The position numbers were made by a program, and so were the translations under genes. A stretch of 34,334 bases of DNA, taken from positions 1 through 34,334 of the forward strand of contig JBBIHX010000016.1 in the NCBI GenBank assembly GCA_037446815.1, in the 5' to 3' direction. Position 1 is the first letter of the stretch. Each line of letters opens with the position of its first letter. The stretch is from Caldilineae bacterium. Its GTDB lineage: Bacteria; Chloroflexota; Anaerolineae; DTLA01. Shown here piece by piece: positions 1-9,897 of this stretch. The notes under the pieces are model-generated. The model had not been told where the DNA came from. It searched no databases and was given only the letters and a program-made list of their open reading frames with translations.

Positions 1-132
1 GTTGGTGAAACGCATGGACACTGTCCTCGTGTGTCGTTGCGAGCGAAGCGAAGCAACCTCACGCCCCAGGGATTGCTTCGGGCGCTCCGCGCCCTCGCAA
101 TGACAAATACCAACAGACTTTGGAACCGAATC
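1..132 (+). mobile_element. MITE-like element type 1 (150-bp family), truncated by window start
   Basis: Near-identical to 7501-7650, 18444-18593 and 30108-30257; right end ccaacagactttggaaccgaatc; internal GTCGTTGCGAG...CTCGCAATGAC palindrome; first 18 nt missing. Confidence 0.8.
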
Positions 133-140
133 CCGCGGGC

Positions 141-169
141 TTGCCCTGCCCTGGGGGTTGTGATATACT
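141..169 (+). promoter_or_regulatory. sigma70-type promoter for GT4 gene
   Basis: TTGCCC(141-146)-17 bp-TATACT(164-169) with extended TGn. Confidence 0.6.
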
Positions 170-223
170 CGCGACACCGAGCCGGGGCGTTTTCGCTGCC
201 GGCGGCATCTTTGAGAGGGGCTT

Positions 224-1330
224 GTGAACGTCGCGATCGTCCACGACTGGCTGAATCAGATGGGCGGAGCCGAGGGGGTGCTGGAAGTCCTCATGGACAT
301 ATACCCGAACGCTCCGCTGTACACGTCCATCTACTGGCGCGAGGGGATGCCGGACGCGTACAAGCAGTGGGACATCCGCACCTCGTTTCTGGATCGCTGG
401 CCGCTGGTGAAGCGCAAGCACCAGGTATTCCTGCCCTTCTATCCCCTCGCCTTTGAGCGGTTTGACTTCGCGGGGTACGATGTTGTCATCTCCAACAAGA
501 GCGGCTTCTGCCACGGCATCATCACGCCGCCGGAGACGCTGCACATCTGCTACTGCCTGACGCCGACGCGCTACCTGTGGGACACGGCCAACTACATCCG
601 CCGCGAGGGGCTGGGGAAACTCGCCCAGGCCGCGCTGGTGCCGTTCCTGGCCCAGTTGCGCATGTGGGATCGCCTCGCTGCGGATCGCGTGGATGCGTTC
701 ATCGCCATCTCGCAGGCGGTGCGCCAGCGCATCGCCAAGTACTATCGGCGCGAATCGGTGGTCATCTACCCGCCGGTGCACACCGAGCGGTTTGAGGTGG
801 CCGCGAAGCACGAGGACTACTACCTCGTGGTGTCGCGCCTGGTGCCGTACAAGCGGATAGACCTGGCCGTGGAGGCATTCAACCGCCTGGGCAAGCCGCT
901 GGTCATCATCGGCGAGGGGCGCGACCGCAAGGCGCTGGAGGCCCTGGCGCGGCCCAACGTTACGTTCCTGGGGCGCCTGCCCTTTGAGCAGGTGCGCGAC
1001 CATATGGCCCGGTGCCGGGCGCTCATCTTCCCCGGCCTAGAGGACTTCGGCATCACGCCGGTGGAGGCGCAGGCGGCGGGCCGACCTGTCATCGCCTTCG
1101 CCGGCGGCGGCGCGCTGGATACGGTGGAAGACGGGCGGACGGGCATCCTGTTCCGCGAGCAGACGCCCGAGTCGTTGATGGAAGCGGTGGCGCGGTGCGA
1201 GCAGATGGAATTTGCCCCCGACGTGCTACGCGCCAATGCCGAGCGTTTCAGCGTGGCCGAGTTCCGACGACAACTGTCGGCGTTCGTGGCGCAGGCGTTG
1301 CAGGGGCGAGGTTCACCGCGGAGCGGCTGA
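224..1330 (+). CDS. glycosyltransferase family 4 (GT-B)
   Basis: N-terminal VAIVHDWLNQMGGAE, YLVVSRLVPYKRIDL, EDFGITPVEAQAAG motif; GTG start after gagagggg. Confidence 0.92.
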   Translation: MNVAIVHDWLNQMGGAEGVLEVLMDIYPNAPLYTSIYWREGMPDAYKQWDIRTSFLDRWPLVKRKHQVFLPFYPLAFERFDFAGYDVVISNKSGFCHGIITPPETLHICYCLTPTRYLWDTANYIRREGLGKLAQAALVPFLAQLRMWDRLAADRVDAFIAISQAVRQRIAKYYRRESVVIYPPVHTERFEVAAKHEDYYLVVSRLVPYKRIDLAVEAFNRLGKPLVIIGEGRDRKALEALARPNVTFLGRLPFEQVRDHMARCRALIFPGLEDFGITPVEAQAAGRPVIAFAGGGALDTVEDGRTGILFREQTPESLMEAVARCEQMEFAPDVLRANAERFSVAEFRRQLSAFVAQALQGRGSPRSG

Positions 1331-1391
1331 GATCGCAGAGGGAGTTGATTCTGGTTCTTCTTTCTCCGCGTCCTCTGCGCCTCCGCGGTGA
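1313..1391. repeat. palindromic repeat family F (tcaccgc.gag...ctc.gcggtga)
   Basis: tcaccgcggag 1313-1323 inverted at 1381-1391; overlaps GT4 stop; second copy 9800-9875. Confidence 0.65.
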
Positions 1392-1458
1392 GATCGTTTT
1401 CCACCGCGGAGCCGTTGGCTGCGCAGAGGGTAAGACGAACAACTCTTGGGGGGTGAAC

Positions 1459-2040
1459 ATGGTAACACGAGAGGAAGCCTGGCGGTTGCTCACCGAGCAC
1501 AACAGCGAACCGGAGCACATCAAGCACGCAATTGCCGTGGAGGCGGCAATGCGCGCCTACGCCCGCAAGTTCGGCGAGGACGAGGACCTGTGGGGCATCG
1601 TGGGCCTCATCCATGACCTGGACTACGAGGAGCACCCGACGATGGGGCCGGACGGGCACCCATTTGTCGGCGCGCAGATGCTGGAGGATTTGGGCTGGCC
1701 CGCTGTCATCGTGCGGGCGGTGCGCTCCCACGCCAACTACAGCGGCGTGCCCCGCCAGACGCCCCTAGAGAAGGCCCTGTTCGCCGTGGACGAACTCACC
1801 GGCCTGGTCATCGCCGTGGCTCTGGTGCGGCCCAGCAAGAACATCGCCGACGTAGAGGTCAAGTCGGTGCGCAAGAAGTGGAAGGACAAAGCCTTCGCCC
1901 GCGCCGTCAACCGTGAGGAGATTGAGCAGGGCGCGGCCGAACTGGGCGTGGACCTGGACGAGCACATCGCCACCGTGATTGAGGCGCTGAAGCCGGTGGC
2001 CGCCCAGTTGGGCATAGACGGCTCGCTGGCCCAGGGTTAG
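1459..2040 (+). CDS. HD/HDIG-domain metal-dependent phosphohydrolase (COG2316-like)
   Basis: H..AVEAAM, GLIHDLDYE, HPFVG, SHA, AVDELTG motifs; ATG 1459 after gggggtga. Confidence 0.88.
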   Translation: MVTREEAWRLLTEHNSEPEHIKHAIAVEAAMRAYARKFGEDEDLWGIVGLIHDLDYEEHPTMGPDGHPFVGAQMLEDLGWPAVIVRAVRSHANYSGVPRQTPLEKALFAVDELTGLVIAVALVRPSKNIADVEVKSVRKKWKDKAFARAVNREEIEQGAAELGVDLDEHIATVIEALKPVAAQLGIDGSLAQG

Positions 2041-2045
2041 GGGAG

Positions 2046-3050
2046 ATGGACGCGAGACAACGCGAATCGGCCTTGCCCATTGCCATCGTACTGGTGGCGC
2101 TGGTGGCCCTGACGGCGCTGGCGGCAATCCTGCCCAGGACGGCAGCACAGCCGGCAGTGGCGACAACTACCCCGCGGGCCGCGCCGACCGAAACGCCGTC
2201 GCCCTCGCGGCGCCCCACGCGCACGGCATCGCCCACGGCGACGATGACACCCAGCCCGACGTCCACGCCACTGCCGCCCATCATCCACATCGCGCAGAAG
2301 GGCGAATCGGTGGGCATCATCGCCAAGCAGTACGGCGTGTCCGAGCGGTCGGTGCTGGAGGCCAATGGCCTGGAGGCGGACTCCATCATCCGCATCGGCC
2401 AGGAGTTGATTATCCCGCGCCCGACGCCCACGCCGGAGCCTGCCGCGACGCAGCCGCCCACGGTGCCCGCCGGCACGCCATCGGCAACAGGCGCGGCCCC
2501 GCTGGCCCCTGGCGAGCAGACGTATACGGTAGAGTCGGGCGACACCCTTTCGGGCATCGCCAAGAAGTTCAATACTAACGTCAACCTGCTCATGAGCCGC
2601 AACAACATCAAAGACCCATCGCTCCTGCGGGTGGGCCAGGTGATCATCATCCCTGCGGGCACGCCTACGCCGCTGCCCACGCCCACCTTCCGGCCGACCA
2701 GCACGCCCACGCCCGGCCCGCCGTATGGCCCGCCTGCCCTGCTGTGGCCGCCGGATGGTACCGTGTTCCGAGGCGAGAGCGCGGTGGCGCTCGTGCAGTG
2801 GGCCTCGGTGGGATTGCTCGCCCCGGAGGAGTGGTACGTGGTGCGCGTGTACCGCGGCGACGACCTCATCGGCGAGCAGTGGACAAAGGCCACGGCGTGG
2901 CGGCTGCCTGTGGAGTTGCGCCCGCCGGCCGACGCCGCCGACCACCGCCTCATTTGGCAGGTGCTGGTCATGCGACAGGAGGGGCCGGAGCCGGGCAAGG
3001 GCACGGTGCTCGTGGCTCCGGGCGAGTCGCGCGGATTGGAGTGGTACTGA
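2046..3050 (+). CDS. membrane-anchored/secreted protein with two LysM domains and Thr/Pro linkers
   Basis: N-terminal hydrophobic segment; HIAQKGESVGIIAKQYGV and YTVESGDTLSGIAKKFNT LysM repeats; C-terminal beta-rich domain. Confidence 0.88.
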   Translation: MDARQRESALPIAIVLVALVALTALAAILPRTAAQPAVATTTPRAAPTETPSPSRRPTRTASPTATMTPSPTSTPLPPIIHIAQKGESVGIIAKQYGVSERSVLEANGLEADSIIRIGQELIIPRPTPTPEPAATQPPTVPAGTPSATGAAPLAPGEQTYTVESGDTLSGIAKKFNTNVNLLMSRNNIKDPSLLRVGQVIIIPAGTPTPLPTPTFRPTSTPTPGPPYGPPALLWPPDGTVFRGESAVALVQWASVGLLAPEEWYVVRVYRGDDLIGEQWTKATAWRLPVELRPPADAADHRLIWQVLVMRQEGPEPGKGTVLVAPGESRGLEWY

Positions 3051-3249
3051 TTGCACGGCGTTGCCGAGTGCAGTCCGTCGGCTCACCTGCTCTGCCGTAG
3101 GCCCAAGGGCGTGAGCCCGTGGAGGGCAGGCGCGTAGGCGGCTATCCCTAGCCGCCAGGGGGTTGGGCCGCGTCGGGTATGAAAACCCGACCTAGGGATG
3201 GAGGTTCAGCAGACTCCCTCGGTGGTGCTTGCATGTGGAGGTCTATCCC

Positions 3250-5058
3250 GTGAAGTCGCTCAGGTTTGTTGTGCGCTGCGCCCGTAGATATGCGCGGGCG
3301 CTTGCAATCACGATTGTCAGCATGTTGTTGCTAGTGGGCGTCCAACTGGTGGCCCCGTGGATCGTCAAGACGATGATTGCCGCGGTTACAGCGACCGGCG
3401 CGGGGCCGGAGACGATGGGGACGGTTACGCGGCTTTCCCTGTTGGCGCTGGCGATCTTTGTGGCGCGTGGGTTCTTCAGTTACCTGCGCAGTTACATGGC
3501 CCATGTGGCCGGGTGGAACGTTGTCGCCGATGTCCGCGCCGACCTATACCGGCACCTGCAACGCCTGTCGCTCCGCTTCTACGAGGACAAGCAGACCGGC
3601 CAATTGATGTCGCGCGTGGTCAACGACTCAGACCTGCTGGAGCAGTTGATCGCGCATGCTGTGCCCGACGCGCTGGTCAACGTGCTCATGCTGGTGGGCG
3701 TAACCGCCGTGCTGTTCAGCATGAGTTGGCAGTTGACGCTGCTGAGCATGATTCCCATACCCCTCATCGCGCTGGCGATGCGGGGCGTAACGCGGTACGT
3801 CCGCCCGGCCTTTCGCGCACGCCAGGTGGAACTGGGCGAACTGAACGCCGCGCTGAACGACAACTTGTCGGGCATCCGCGAGATCAAGGCGTTCACCCGC
3901 GAGGATGCGGAAGCGGCCCATATCTGGGGCCACATTGTGAAGTACCGCGACGCCCTCCTGCGCGCCCTGCGCCTCATGGCGATGTTCCACCCGTTTGTGG
4001 AATTCGCGTCATCGTTGGGCACGATTGTACTCGTGTACTTCGGCGGCCAACTCGTGCTGAAGCAGATGCTGCCGCTGGCCGACCTGGTGGCGTTCTTCCT
4101 GTACCTGGAGATGCTCTACCAGCCCGTGCGCGCCCTGAGCGGCGTGTGGGAAAGCGTCCAGCAGTCGCTGGCGGGAGCGGAGCGCGTGAGCGAACTCCTG
4201 GCCCAGCAGCCAGACATGGTGGACAGGCCCGATGCGGTGGAACTGAAGGGGCGGGCGACGGGCGACATCCGGTTTGAGAACGTGAGTTTCTGGTATCGGC
4301 CCGGGGACAAGGTTCTGGACAACATCAACCTGCACATTGCGCCCGGCACGGTCGTGGCGCTGGTGGGGCCGACAGGCGTGGGCAAGACGACGCTGGCAAG
4401 CCTCATCCCGCGCTTCTACGACGTTTGCGAGGGGCGCATTACCCTTGACGGCCACGACATCCGCGATTTGACCCTCAAGAGCCTGCGCCGACAGATCAGC
4501 ATCGTCCTCCAGGATGTGTTCCTGTTCCACGGCACGGTGCGCGAGAACATCCTGTTCGGCCGCCCCGACGCGACCGAAGAGGAGATGATTCGCGCGGCCA
4601 AGATCGCCAACGCCCATGAGTTCATCGCGCAATTGCCCGACGGATACGACACGCTCATCGGGGAGCGCGGGGTGAAACTGTCGGGCGGGCAGCGGCAAAG
4701 GCTGGCCATCGCGCGGGCCGTGCTCAAGGACGCGCCCATCCTAATCCTGGACGAGGCGACCTCATCGGTGGACACCGAGACCGAGGCCCTCATCCAGCAG
4801 GCGCTGGAGCGGCTCATGGTCGGGCGGACGACGATTATCATCGCCCATCGGCTGTCTACCATTCGCAAGGCCGACAAGATCGTCGTCCTGGACGAAAGCC
4901 GCATCGTGGAGGAGGGCACTCACGAAGAGTTGATGGCGCGCGACGGGCTATACCGCCGCCTGTGGGAGATTCAGGGCGAGGCCCTGTCGCTGTGGGCGGC
5001 CTCGGAGCGGCAAGAAGCCCCGCTGACCGGGCAGGGGTGCGGCTCGGACGCAAGGTGA
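3250..5058 (+). CDS. ABC exporter, fused permease/ATP-binding protein (MsbA/MdlB type)
   Basis: TM domain then GPTGVGKT, LSGGQRQR, ILILDEATS, IAHRLST; GTG 3250 after ggagg. Confidence 0.93.
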   Translation: MKSLRFVVRCARRYARALAITIVSMLLLVGVQLVAPWIVKTMIAAVTATGAGPETMGTVTRLSLLALAIFVARGFFSYLRSYMAHVAGWNVVADVRADLYRHLQRLSLRFYEDKQTGQLMSRVVNDSDLLEQLIAHAVPDALVNVLMLVGVTAVLFSMSWQLTLLSMIPIPLIALAMRGVTRYVRPAFRARQVELGELNAALNDNLSGIREIKAFTREDAEAAHIWGHIVKYRDALLRALRLMAMFHPFVEFASSLGTIVLVYFGGQLVLKQMLPLADLVAFFLYLEMLYQPVRALSGVWESVQQSLAGAERVSELLAQQPDMVDRPDAVELKGRATGDIRFENVSFWYRPGDKVLDNINLHIAPGTVVALVGPTGVGKTTLASLIPRFYDVCEGRITLDGHDIRDLTLKSLRRQISIVLQDVFLFHGTVRENILFGRPDATEEEMIRAAKIANAHEFIAQLPDGYDTLIGERGVKLSGGQRQRLAIARAVLKDAPILILDEATSSVDTETEALIQQALERLMVGRTTIIIAHRLSTIRKADKIVVLDESRIVEEGTHEELMARDGLYRRLWEIQGEALSLWAASERQEAPLTGQGCGSDAR

Positions 5059-5079
5059 AATGAAGGGAGGGATGCGGTC

Positions 5080-5991
5080 ATGATGACTCACGCGCACGAC
5101 ATGGCTCCGTGGCCCGACCTGGAGGCCCACGCCCGTAGGGTGGCAGTTGCGACGAGCGGGGTCTCGCTGTTTCTGTACGACACAGGCCCCGCGGAAGCCG
5201 CGCCGCTGCTCCTCATCCACGGCCTGGGGAGCGAGGCCGACACCTGGCGCTATGTCATCCCGCGCCTGACGCCGCAATTCCGCGTCATCGCGCCGGACCT
5301 GCCGGGCTTCGGCCGCAGCGACAAGCCACGGCGGGCCTACACCGTTCCGTTCTTCTGCGATGCGTTGCTCCAACTGCTGGACGCGCTGGGGATTGCGCGG
5401 GCCGGGCTTGTGGGGCACTCGCTGGGCGCGATCATCGCCCAGTCGCTTGCCCTGCGACTTTCCGAGCGCGTGGAGCGCCTAGTCCTGGTGGACGGGAGCC
5501 TGTTCGCCCCCTCGCAAGCCCTGGACATGGCGACGCTCCTGCTGCTCCTGCCCGGCGTGGGCGAGATGCTGTATCGGCGCTTCCAGCGCGACGCCGACGC
5601 CGCCTATCGTTCGCTGGAGCCGTACTACGCGCACCTGGACGGCTTGCCCGAGTCGGAGCGGGAATACCTGCGGCGGCGGGTGAACGAGCGCGTCCGCGAC
5701 GAGAATCAGCGGCGCGCGTTCTTCTCCGCGTTTCGGCGGCTGGCCCTGTACCTGCCGGCGCAACAGCGCGGCCTTCGGGAGGCGATGGCGCGTCTGACCG
5801 TGCCGACGCTCGTCATCTGGGGCGAGGCCGACCGCATCAATCCTGTGGCGAATGGGCGGGCGTTGGCGGCGCTGCAACCCGCGGCGCGTCTGGTTGTGGT
5901 GCCGAGCGCGGGCCACAACGTGCAGGAGGAGAAGCCGCACGCCGTCGCCCAGGCCATCCTGGACTGGTCGGGGGCCGCGGCCAGTGCGTAA
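5080..5991 (+). CDS. alpha/beta fold hydrolase
   Basis: LLLIHGLG, PDLPGFGRS, GHSLG nucleophile elbow, WGEAD, AGH. Confidence 0.92.
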   Translation: MMTHAHDMAPWPDLEAHARRVAVATSGVSLFLYDTGPAEAAPLLLIHGLGSEADTWRYVIPRLTPQFRVIAPDLPGFGRSDKPRRAYTVPFFCDALLQLLDALGIARAGLVGHSLGAIIAQSLALRLSERVERLVLVDGSLFAPSQALDMATLLLLLPGVGEMLYRRFQRDADAAYRSLEPYYAHLDGLPESEREYLRRRVNERVRDENQRRAFFSAFRRLALYLPAQQRGLREAMARLTVPTLVIWGEADRINPVANGRALAALQPAARLVVVPSAGHNVQEEKPHAVAQAILDWSGAAASA

Positions 5992-6024
5992 CGTGCGACG
6001 CACTTCGGAAGTGCGTCGCACGTT
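5990..6024. repeat. 35-bp palindrome family B
   Basis: aacgtgcgacgcactt-cgg-aagtgcgtcgcacgtt; six copies in window. Confidence 0.9.
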
Positions 6025-6070
6025 AGGCTCTGGGCCCGTCATTGTGAGGTACGGAGTGCCGAAGAATCTC

Positions 6071-6097
6071 GTAGGGCAAATTGCCAATTTGCCCTAC
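6071..6097. repeat. GTAG-type REP-like palindrome
   Basis: gtagggcaaattgccaatttgccctac; copy at 21168-21194; related gtagggcgaccggccggtcgccctac at 17380-17405. Confidence 0.75.
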
Positions 6098-7437
6098 TTT
6101 GCCCCAGCCGCGTTATCCGTGGACACGTCTTCGCGGTTGCCATCCCTCGCCAGCGCGCGCGGCTCCACCAGGCGCGCCGTCAGCCCCAGCCCCGGCAGCA
6201 GCCCCACCGCCGTGAGGCCGAACAGCGGCTCATAGGACACCGCGCTCGCCAATGCTCCGCCCAGCAGCGGGAACGCGATGATGATGCCCGTCAAGGTATT
6301 GCTCAGCCCAACGTAAATCGGGCGCTTGCTCTCCGGCGAGATTTCCAGCAGGTAGTTCATGTGCCCCAGCATGAACGAACTGTTCAGCGCGCCCAGCGAG
6401 GCGAACAGCAAGAGGTACGCGCCCATGAACCACGGCGTGTCCCCGGGGAGGAACAGGCCCGCCACCGTGGCGATGGCCGGCGCGATAACCGCGATGAATG
6501 CCTCTATGCGGGTCGTCAGCCGCCCGCCGAACCGCTCCAGAAGGTACCCGCCCAGGATGGAGTACAGGAACCCGCCCACGATTTGCGCCGAAAGGAAAAG
6601 CCCGATGGTCGCAGTGGGCACGCCTTTCTGATTGATGGCATACACCGCGTAGAAGGGCGACGAAAGGGACGTCAGCCCCAGGATGAGTCGGATGGCCGAG
6701 ATGGTGCGGAAGTTTGCGTCGCCGCGCCAGATGCTCCCCAATTCGCGCACGTAGTCGCGGACGGTGAGCGCGGTGTCGTCCACCTGGCACGGCGTCTCGC
6801 GTATGCTTGCGCAGAAGGAGAGCGACAGGGCCAGGAAGAACGCCGCCGCCAGGAACAGCGCCGCGTAATTGGCCGGATAGGCAAACGGGCCGCGGTCGCC
6901 CAGGATGTACCCAACGATGCCGCCGACGCCGGTTGTCAACAAGGCGCTGACGACCTGCGTTGTTCCGATGAATCGCCCCCGCCGTCTGGGCGGAATGGCT
7001 TTGCTGAACAGGTCAAACCAGGCCACGCTGGCGATGCCGTCGCACATGTTGAAGATGCCGAAGCCGGCCAGGATGATGGCCGCGGCCAACACGGGTTGGG
7101 ATTGGGCGAGCAGGAACAACGCCAACGCGCCCAGGATGAACATGGGCCGCCCGACGAGCGACGGGAGTATGATGCCCGGCTTCTTGCAGGGCAGGCGGTT
7201 GATGCGCCCCGCCGCAAGCAACTGGGGCAGCAGCCATCCCCCGGAGGCCAGCGTGCTCACCAGGCCCACCGCCACCGGCGAATGGGTCAGGTGGTCTATC
7301 AGCGTGGGCAGGACCGTGCTGACGCTGACGAACGACATCGCCAGGCCGAAACTGACCCAGTCGCCCATGAGCGCCAGGGCATTCCATTGGTAGTTGGGGG
7401 GCAAGGTTGTCGCGGTATCGGATGCGTTGTCGACCAT
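6094..7437 (-). CDS. MFS transporter
   Basis: About 12 hydrophobic segments, DLFSKAIPPRRRGRF loop, GGYLLERFGGR motif A-like; ATG 7437 after ggggag. Confidence 0.88.
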   Translation of the reverse strand: MVDNASDTATTLPPNYQWNALALMGDWVSFGLAMSFVSVSTVLPTLIDHLTHSPVAVGLVSTLASGGWLLPQLLAAGRINRLPCKKPGIILPSLVGRPMFILGALALFLLAQSQPVLAAAIILAGFGIFNMCDGIASVAWFDLFSKAIPPRRRGRFIGTTQVVSALLTTGVGGIVGYILGDRGPFAYPANYAALFLAAAFFLALSLSFCASIRETPCQVDDTALTVRDYVRELGSIWRGDANFRTISAIRLILGLTSLSSPFYAVYAINQKGVPTATIGLFLSAQIVGGFLYSILGGYLLERFGGRLTTRIEAFIAVIAPAIATVAGLFLPGDTPWFMGAYLLLFASLGALNSSFMLGHMNYLLEISPESKRPIYVGLSNTLTGIIIAFPLLGGALASAVSYEPLFGLTAVGLLPGLGLTARLVEPRALARDGNREDVSTDNAAGAK

Positions 7438-7456
7438 GGTATTCGTCTCCCCCGTG

Positions 7457-7485
7457 ATTATATGCCTGCGGCCCCCGCTCTCCAA
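7457..7485 (-). promoter_or_regulatory. sigma70-type promoter for MFS gene
   Basis: TTGGAG(7485-7480)-17 bp-TATAAT(7462-7457). Confidence 0.6.
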
Positions 7486-7500
7486 ACGTTCACAGGACGC

Positions 7501-7650
7501 GACGCGGCTTCATCTTGTGTCGGTGAAGCGCATGGACACTCTCCTTGTGTGTCGTTGCGAGCGAAGCGAAGCAACCTCACGCCCCAGAGATTGCTTCGGG
7601 CGCTCCGCGCCCTCGCAATGACAAATACCAACAGACTTTGGAACCGAATC
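7501..7650 (+). mobile_element. MITE-like element type 1
   Basis: 150 bp; ends gacgcggcttcatcttgtgtcgg / ccaacagactttggaaccgaatc; flanks caggacgc and cagaaagc (6/8 match). Confidence 0.8.
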
Positions 7651-7680
7651 CAGAAAGCGGCGCGGCTCCGAAGAGGCGTG

Positions 7681-7719
7681 AAAACGAAACGCCGGAGGCC
7701 CCATTGCCCCCGGCGTTTC
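7681..7719 (-). terminator. rho-independent terminator after carbamate kinase
   Basis: Stem gaaacgccgg...ccggcgtttc followed by gtttt on minus strand. Confidence 0.65.
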
Positions 7720-7741
7720 CTGTGGAACTCAACGCGATGCG

Positions 7742-8686
7742 CTACGGGACGATGAGCGTCCCCGTCTCGCCGCGCAGGGCGCGCTCAATATTCTCCGGGT
7801 TGGTGATGATGGCCTGCTTCCCGCCCGCCTCCAGGAACCAGATGATGGCCTGGATCTTGGGGAGCATGGAGCCCTTTGCGAAGTGCCCCTCGGCCATGTA
7901 CTGCTTGGCCTCGGCAACGGTCATGCGGTCTATGGCCTTCTGGTCCGGCTTGCCGTAGTTCAGGTACACCTTCTCCACGGCGGTGGAGATGAGGAACAGG
8001 TCGGCCTTGATGCTTCGGGCCAACAGCGACGAGGCGTAGTCCTTGTCAATCACGGCGGCGATGCCTTCCAGTTCGCCCCGTTCGTTCTCCACGACGGGGA
8101 TGCCGCCGCCGCCCACGGTGATCACCACAAACCCCTTGCGAATCAACTCCTCTACCGCGTCCTGCTCCTTGACGACCTTCGGAAGGGGTGAAGCGACAAC
8201 CCGGCGCCAGCCGCGTCCGGCGTCCTCTACCACGTGCCAGCCCTCCTGGTCGCGGCGGCGAAGGGCCTCCTCTTCGGTCATGAACGAGCCGATGGGCTTG
8301 GTTGGGTTCTGGAAGGCGGGGTCGTTGCGATCCACGATGACCTGGGTAACGACGGTTACCGCCTGCTTCTTGATGCCGCGGCGCAGGAATTCGTTCTGCA
8401 GGTTCTGCTGGAGCATGTAGCCGATGGCGCCCTGGGTGTCGGCCCCGCATACGTCCAGCGGCACCTCGTGCAGTTCGTGGCGCGCCAGTTCGCTGCGGCG
8501 CAGGATGAACCCCACCTGCGGGCCGTTGCCGTGGCCGATGGCCACATCCCAGCCCTGCTCAATCATGCCGGCGATGTGATGGCAGGTCTCCTTCGCGGCC
8601 TGGTACTGGTCGGGCACGGTCTGGTGGTTCTTGTCCTTGATGAGCGAGTTGCCGCCAATGGCAACCACTGCGACCTTCTTCGTCAT
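7742..8686 (-). CDS. arcC: carbamate kinase
   Basis: VVAIGGNSL, HGNGPQVG, PTKPIG, GRGWRRVVASP, GGGGIPV, AVIDKD, GSMLPK. Confidence 0.96.
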   Translation of the reverse strand: MTKKVAVVAIGGNSLIKDKNHQTVPDQYQAAKETCHHIAGMIEQGWDVAIGHGNGPQVGFILRRSELARHELHEVPLDVCGADTQGAIGYMLQQNLQNEFLRRGIKKQAVTVVTQVIVDRNDPAFQNPTKPIGSFMTEEEALRRRDQEGWHVVEDAGRGWRRVVASPLPKVVKEQDAVEELIRKGFVVITVGGGGIPVVENERGELEGIAAVIDKDYASSLLARSIKADLFLISTAVEKVYLNYGKPDQKAIDRMTVAEAKQYMAEGHFAKGSMLPKIQAIIWFLEAGGKQAIITNPENIERALRGETGTLIVP

Positions 8687-8720
8687 GGGGATGCACTCCT
8701 TTGTATGATGTGTCTATGGC

Positions 8721-9764
8721 CTACAGAAGTCCCGACATCGTCAGCGCCATGACGGCCTTCTGCACGTGCAGGCGGTTCTCGGCGACGTCGTAGATGCACG
8801 AGCGCGGGCCGCTGGCGACCTCGTCGGTAACCTCATGCCCGCGGTCAATGGGCATCGGATGGGTGAAGATGGCGTTGTCGGTCAGGCGCATCTTCTCGGC
8901 GTCGCAAATCCACTCGGTCAGTTTCAGCGCCCGCTCAATCTCCTGCTGCTTGAGGAACTCGCCGTCCTTGTATGCTTCGGGGCTCATCCAGTGGCGCGAG
9001 TACACCACATGGGCGCCCACATACCCCTCGCGCACGTCGGTGGTCTCCTCAAACGACGTGCCGTTGGCGCGGCAGTTGGCCTTGGTCCACTCAATGACCT
9101 GCGGGTCCAGCGGGTACCCCTCAGGGTGCGCCAGGGTTACGTGCATCCCAAAGCGGGAGCCGATGAGCAGCGCCTCCTGCACCGAGCACCAGGAGCGGGC
9201 CAGCGCGCCATGTCCCCAGGTTACGAGCAGTTTCTTGCCCTTCAGCACGCTCATGTCCAGCCCTTGCCCAGGCCCCTTGCCGTACCACTCGGCCCAGCCC
9301 ATGATGTCGGCCAGGCCCTGGAATGGGTGGTACTTGTCGTGAGCCATGGAGAAGACAGGCATCCTGGCCCAGTAGGCGTACTCGCGGATGAGGTCATCGC
9401 CCTCGCCATACGCGCCGATCTTGTCCTCCAGGATGCGGATGCCCAAGCCCGCGGCGTAGCGATCCATCACCTTGGCGGCATCCTCCACGGTCTCGCCCGC
9501 GGTGGTCGCCGTCTTCAGGCGCATGGCCTTCGGTTCCAGGAACTGCGCGTGCCCGCCTAGTTCGGTGGCTGCGCATTCAAAACTCTGGCGCGTGCGCACC
9601 GACGGGTTGTAGAAGAACATGAAGAATGTCTTGTTCTGCAGGAGACTGGTGAAGCGGGGATTGAAGCGGTCGCGCTTCATCTTCGCAGCCAGGTCCAGCA
9701 CCGCATCCAGTTCATCCTTGCTCCATTCCTGCGTCGTAATCAGGTCCTTGCCGTAGAGATCCAT
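8721..9764 (-). CDS. transcarbamylase (OTCase/knotted family), divergent, substrate unknown
   Basis: NPSVRT, HPFQGLAD, AENRLHVQKA; atypical TWGHGALARSW, YSRHW and THPMP (not HCLP). Confidence 0.85.
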   Translation of the reverse strand: MDLYGKDLITTQEWSKDELDAVLDLAAKMKRDRFNPRFTSLLQNKTFFMFFYNPSVRTRQSFECAATELGGHAQFLEPKAMRLKTATTAGETVEDAAKVMDRYAAGLGIRILEDKIGAYGEGDDLIREYAYWARMPVFSMAHDKYHPFQGLADIMGWAEWYGKGPGQGLDMSVLKGKKLLVTWGHGALARSWCSVQEALLIGSRFGMHVTLAHPEGYPLDPQVIEWTKANCRANGTSFEETTDVREGYVGAHVVYSRHWMSPEAYKDGEFLKQQEIERALKLTEWICDAEKMRLTDNAIFTHPMPIDRGHEVTDEVASGPRSCIYDVAENRLHVQKAVMALTMSGLL

Positions 9765-9799
9765 CTTCTGCCTCCCAACAGGAAAGATTCAAGAATCCA

Positions 9800-9875
9800 C
9801 TCACCGCAGAGGGCGTGGAACACGCAGAGGGAGAAAAGCGTTCCTCCCTCTGTGGCCTGCGCGCTCTGCGGTGAG
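9800..9875. repeat. palindromic repeat family F between the transcarbamylase genes
   Basis: ctcaccgcagag 9800-9811 inverted at 9864-9875. Confidence 0.65.
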
Positions 9876-9897
9876 CCTACTGTAGGTTGTGTCCGTC

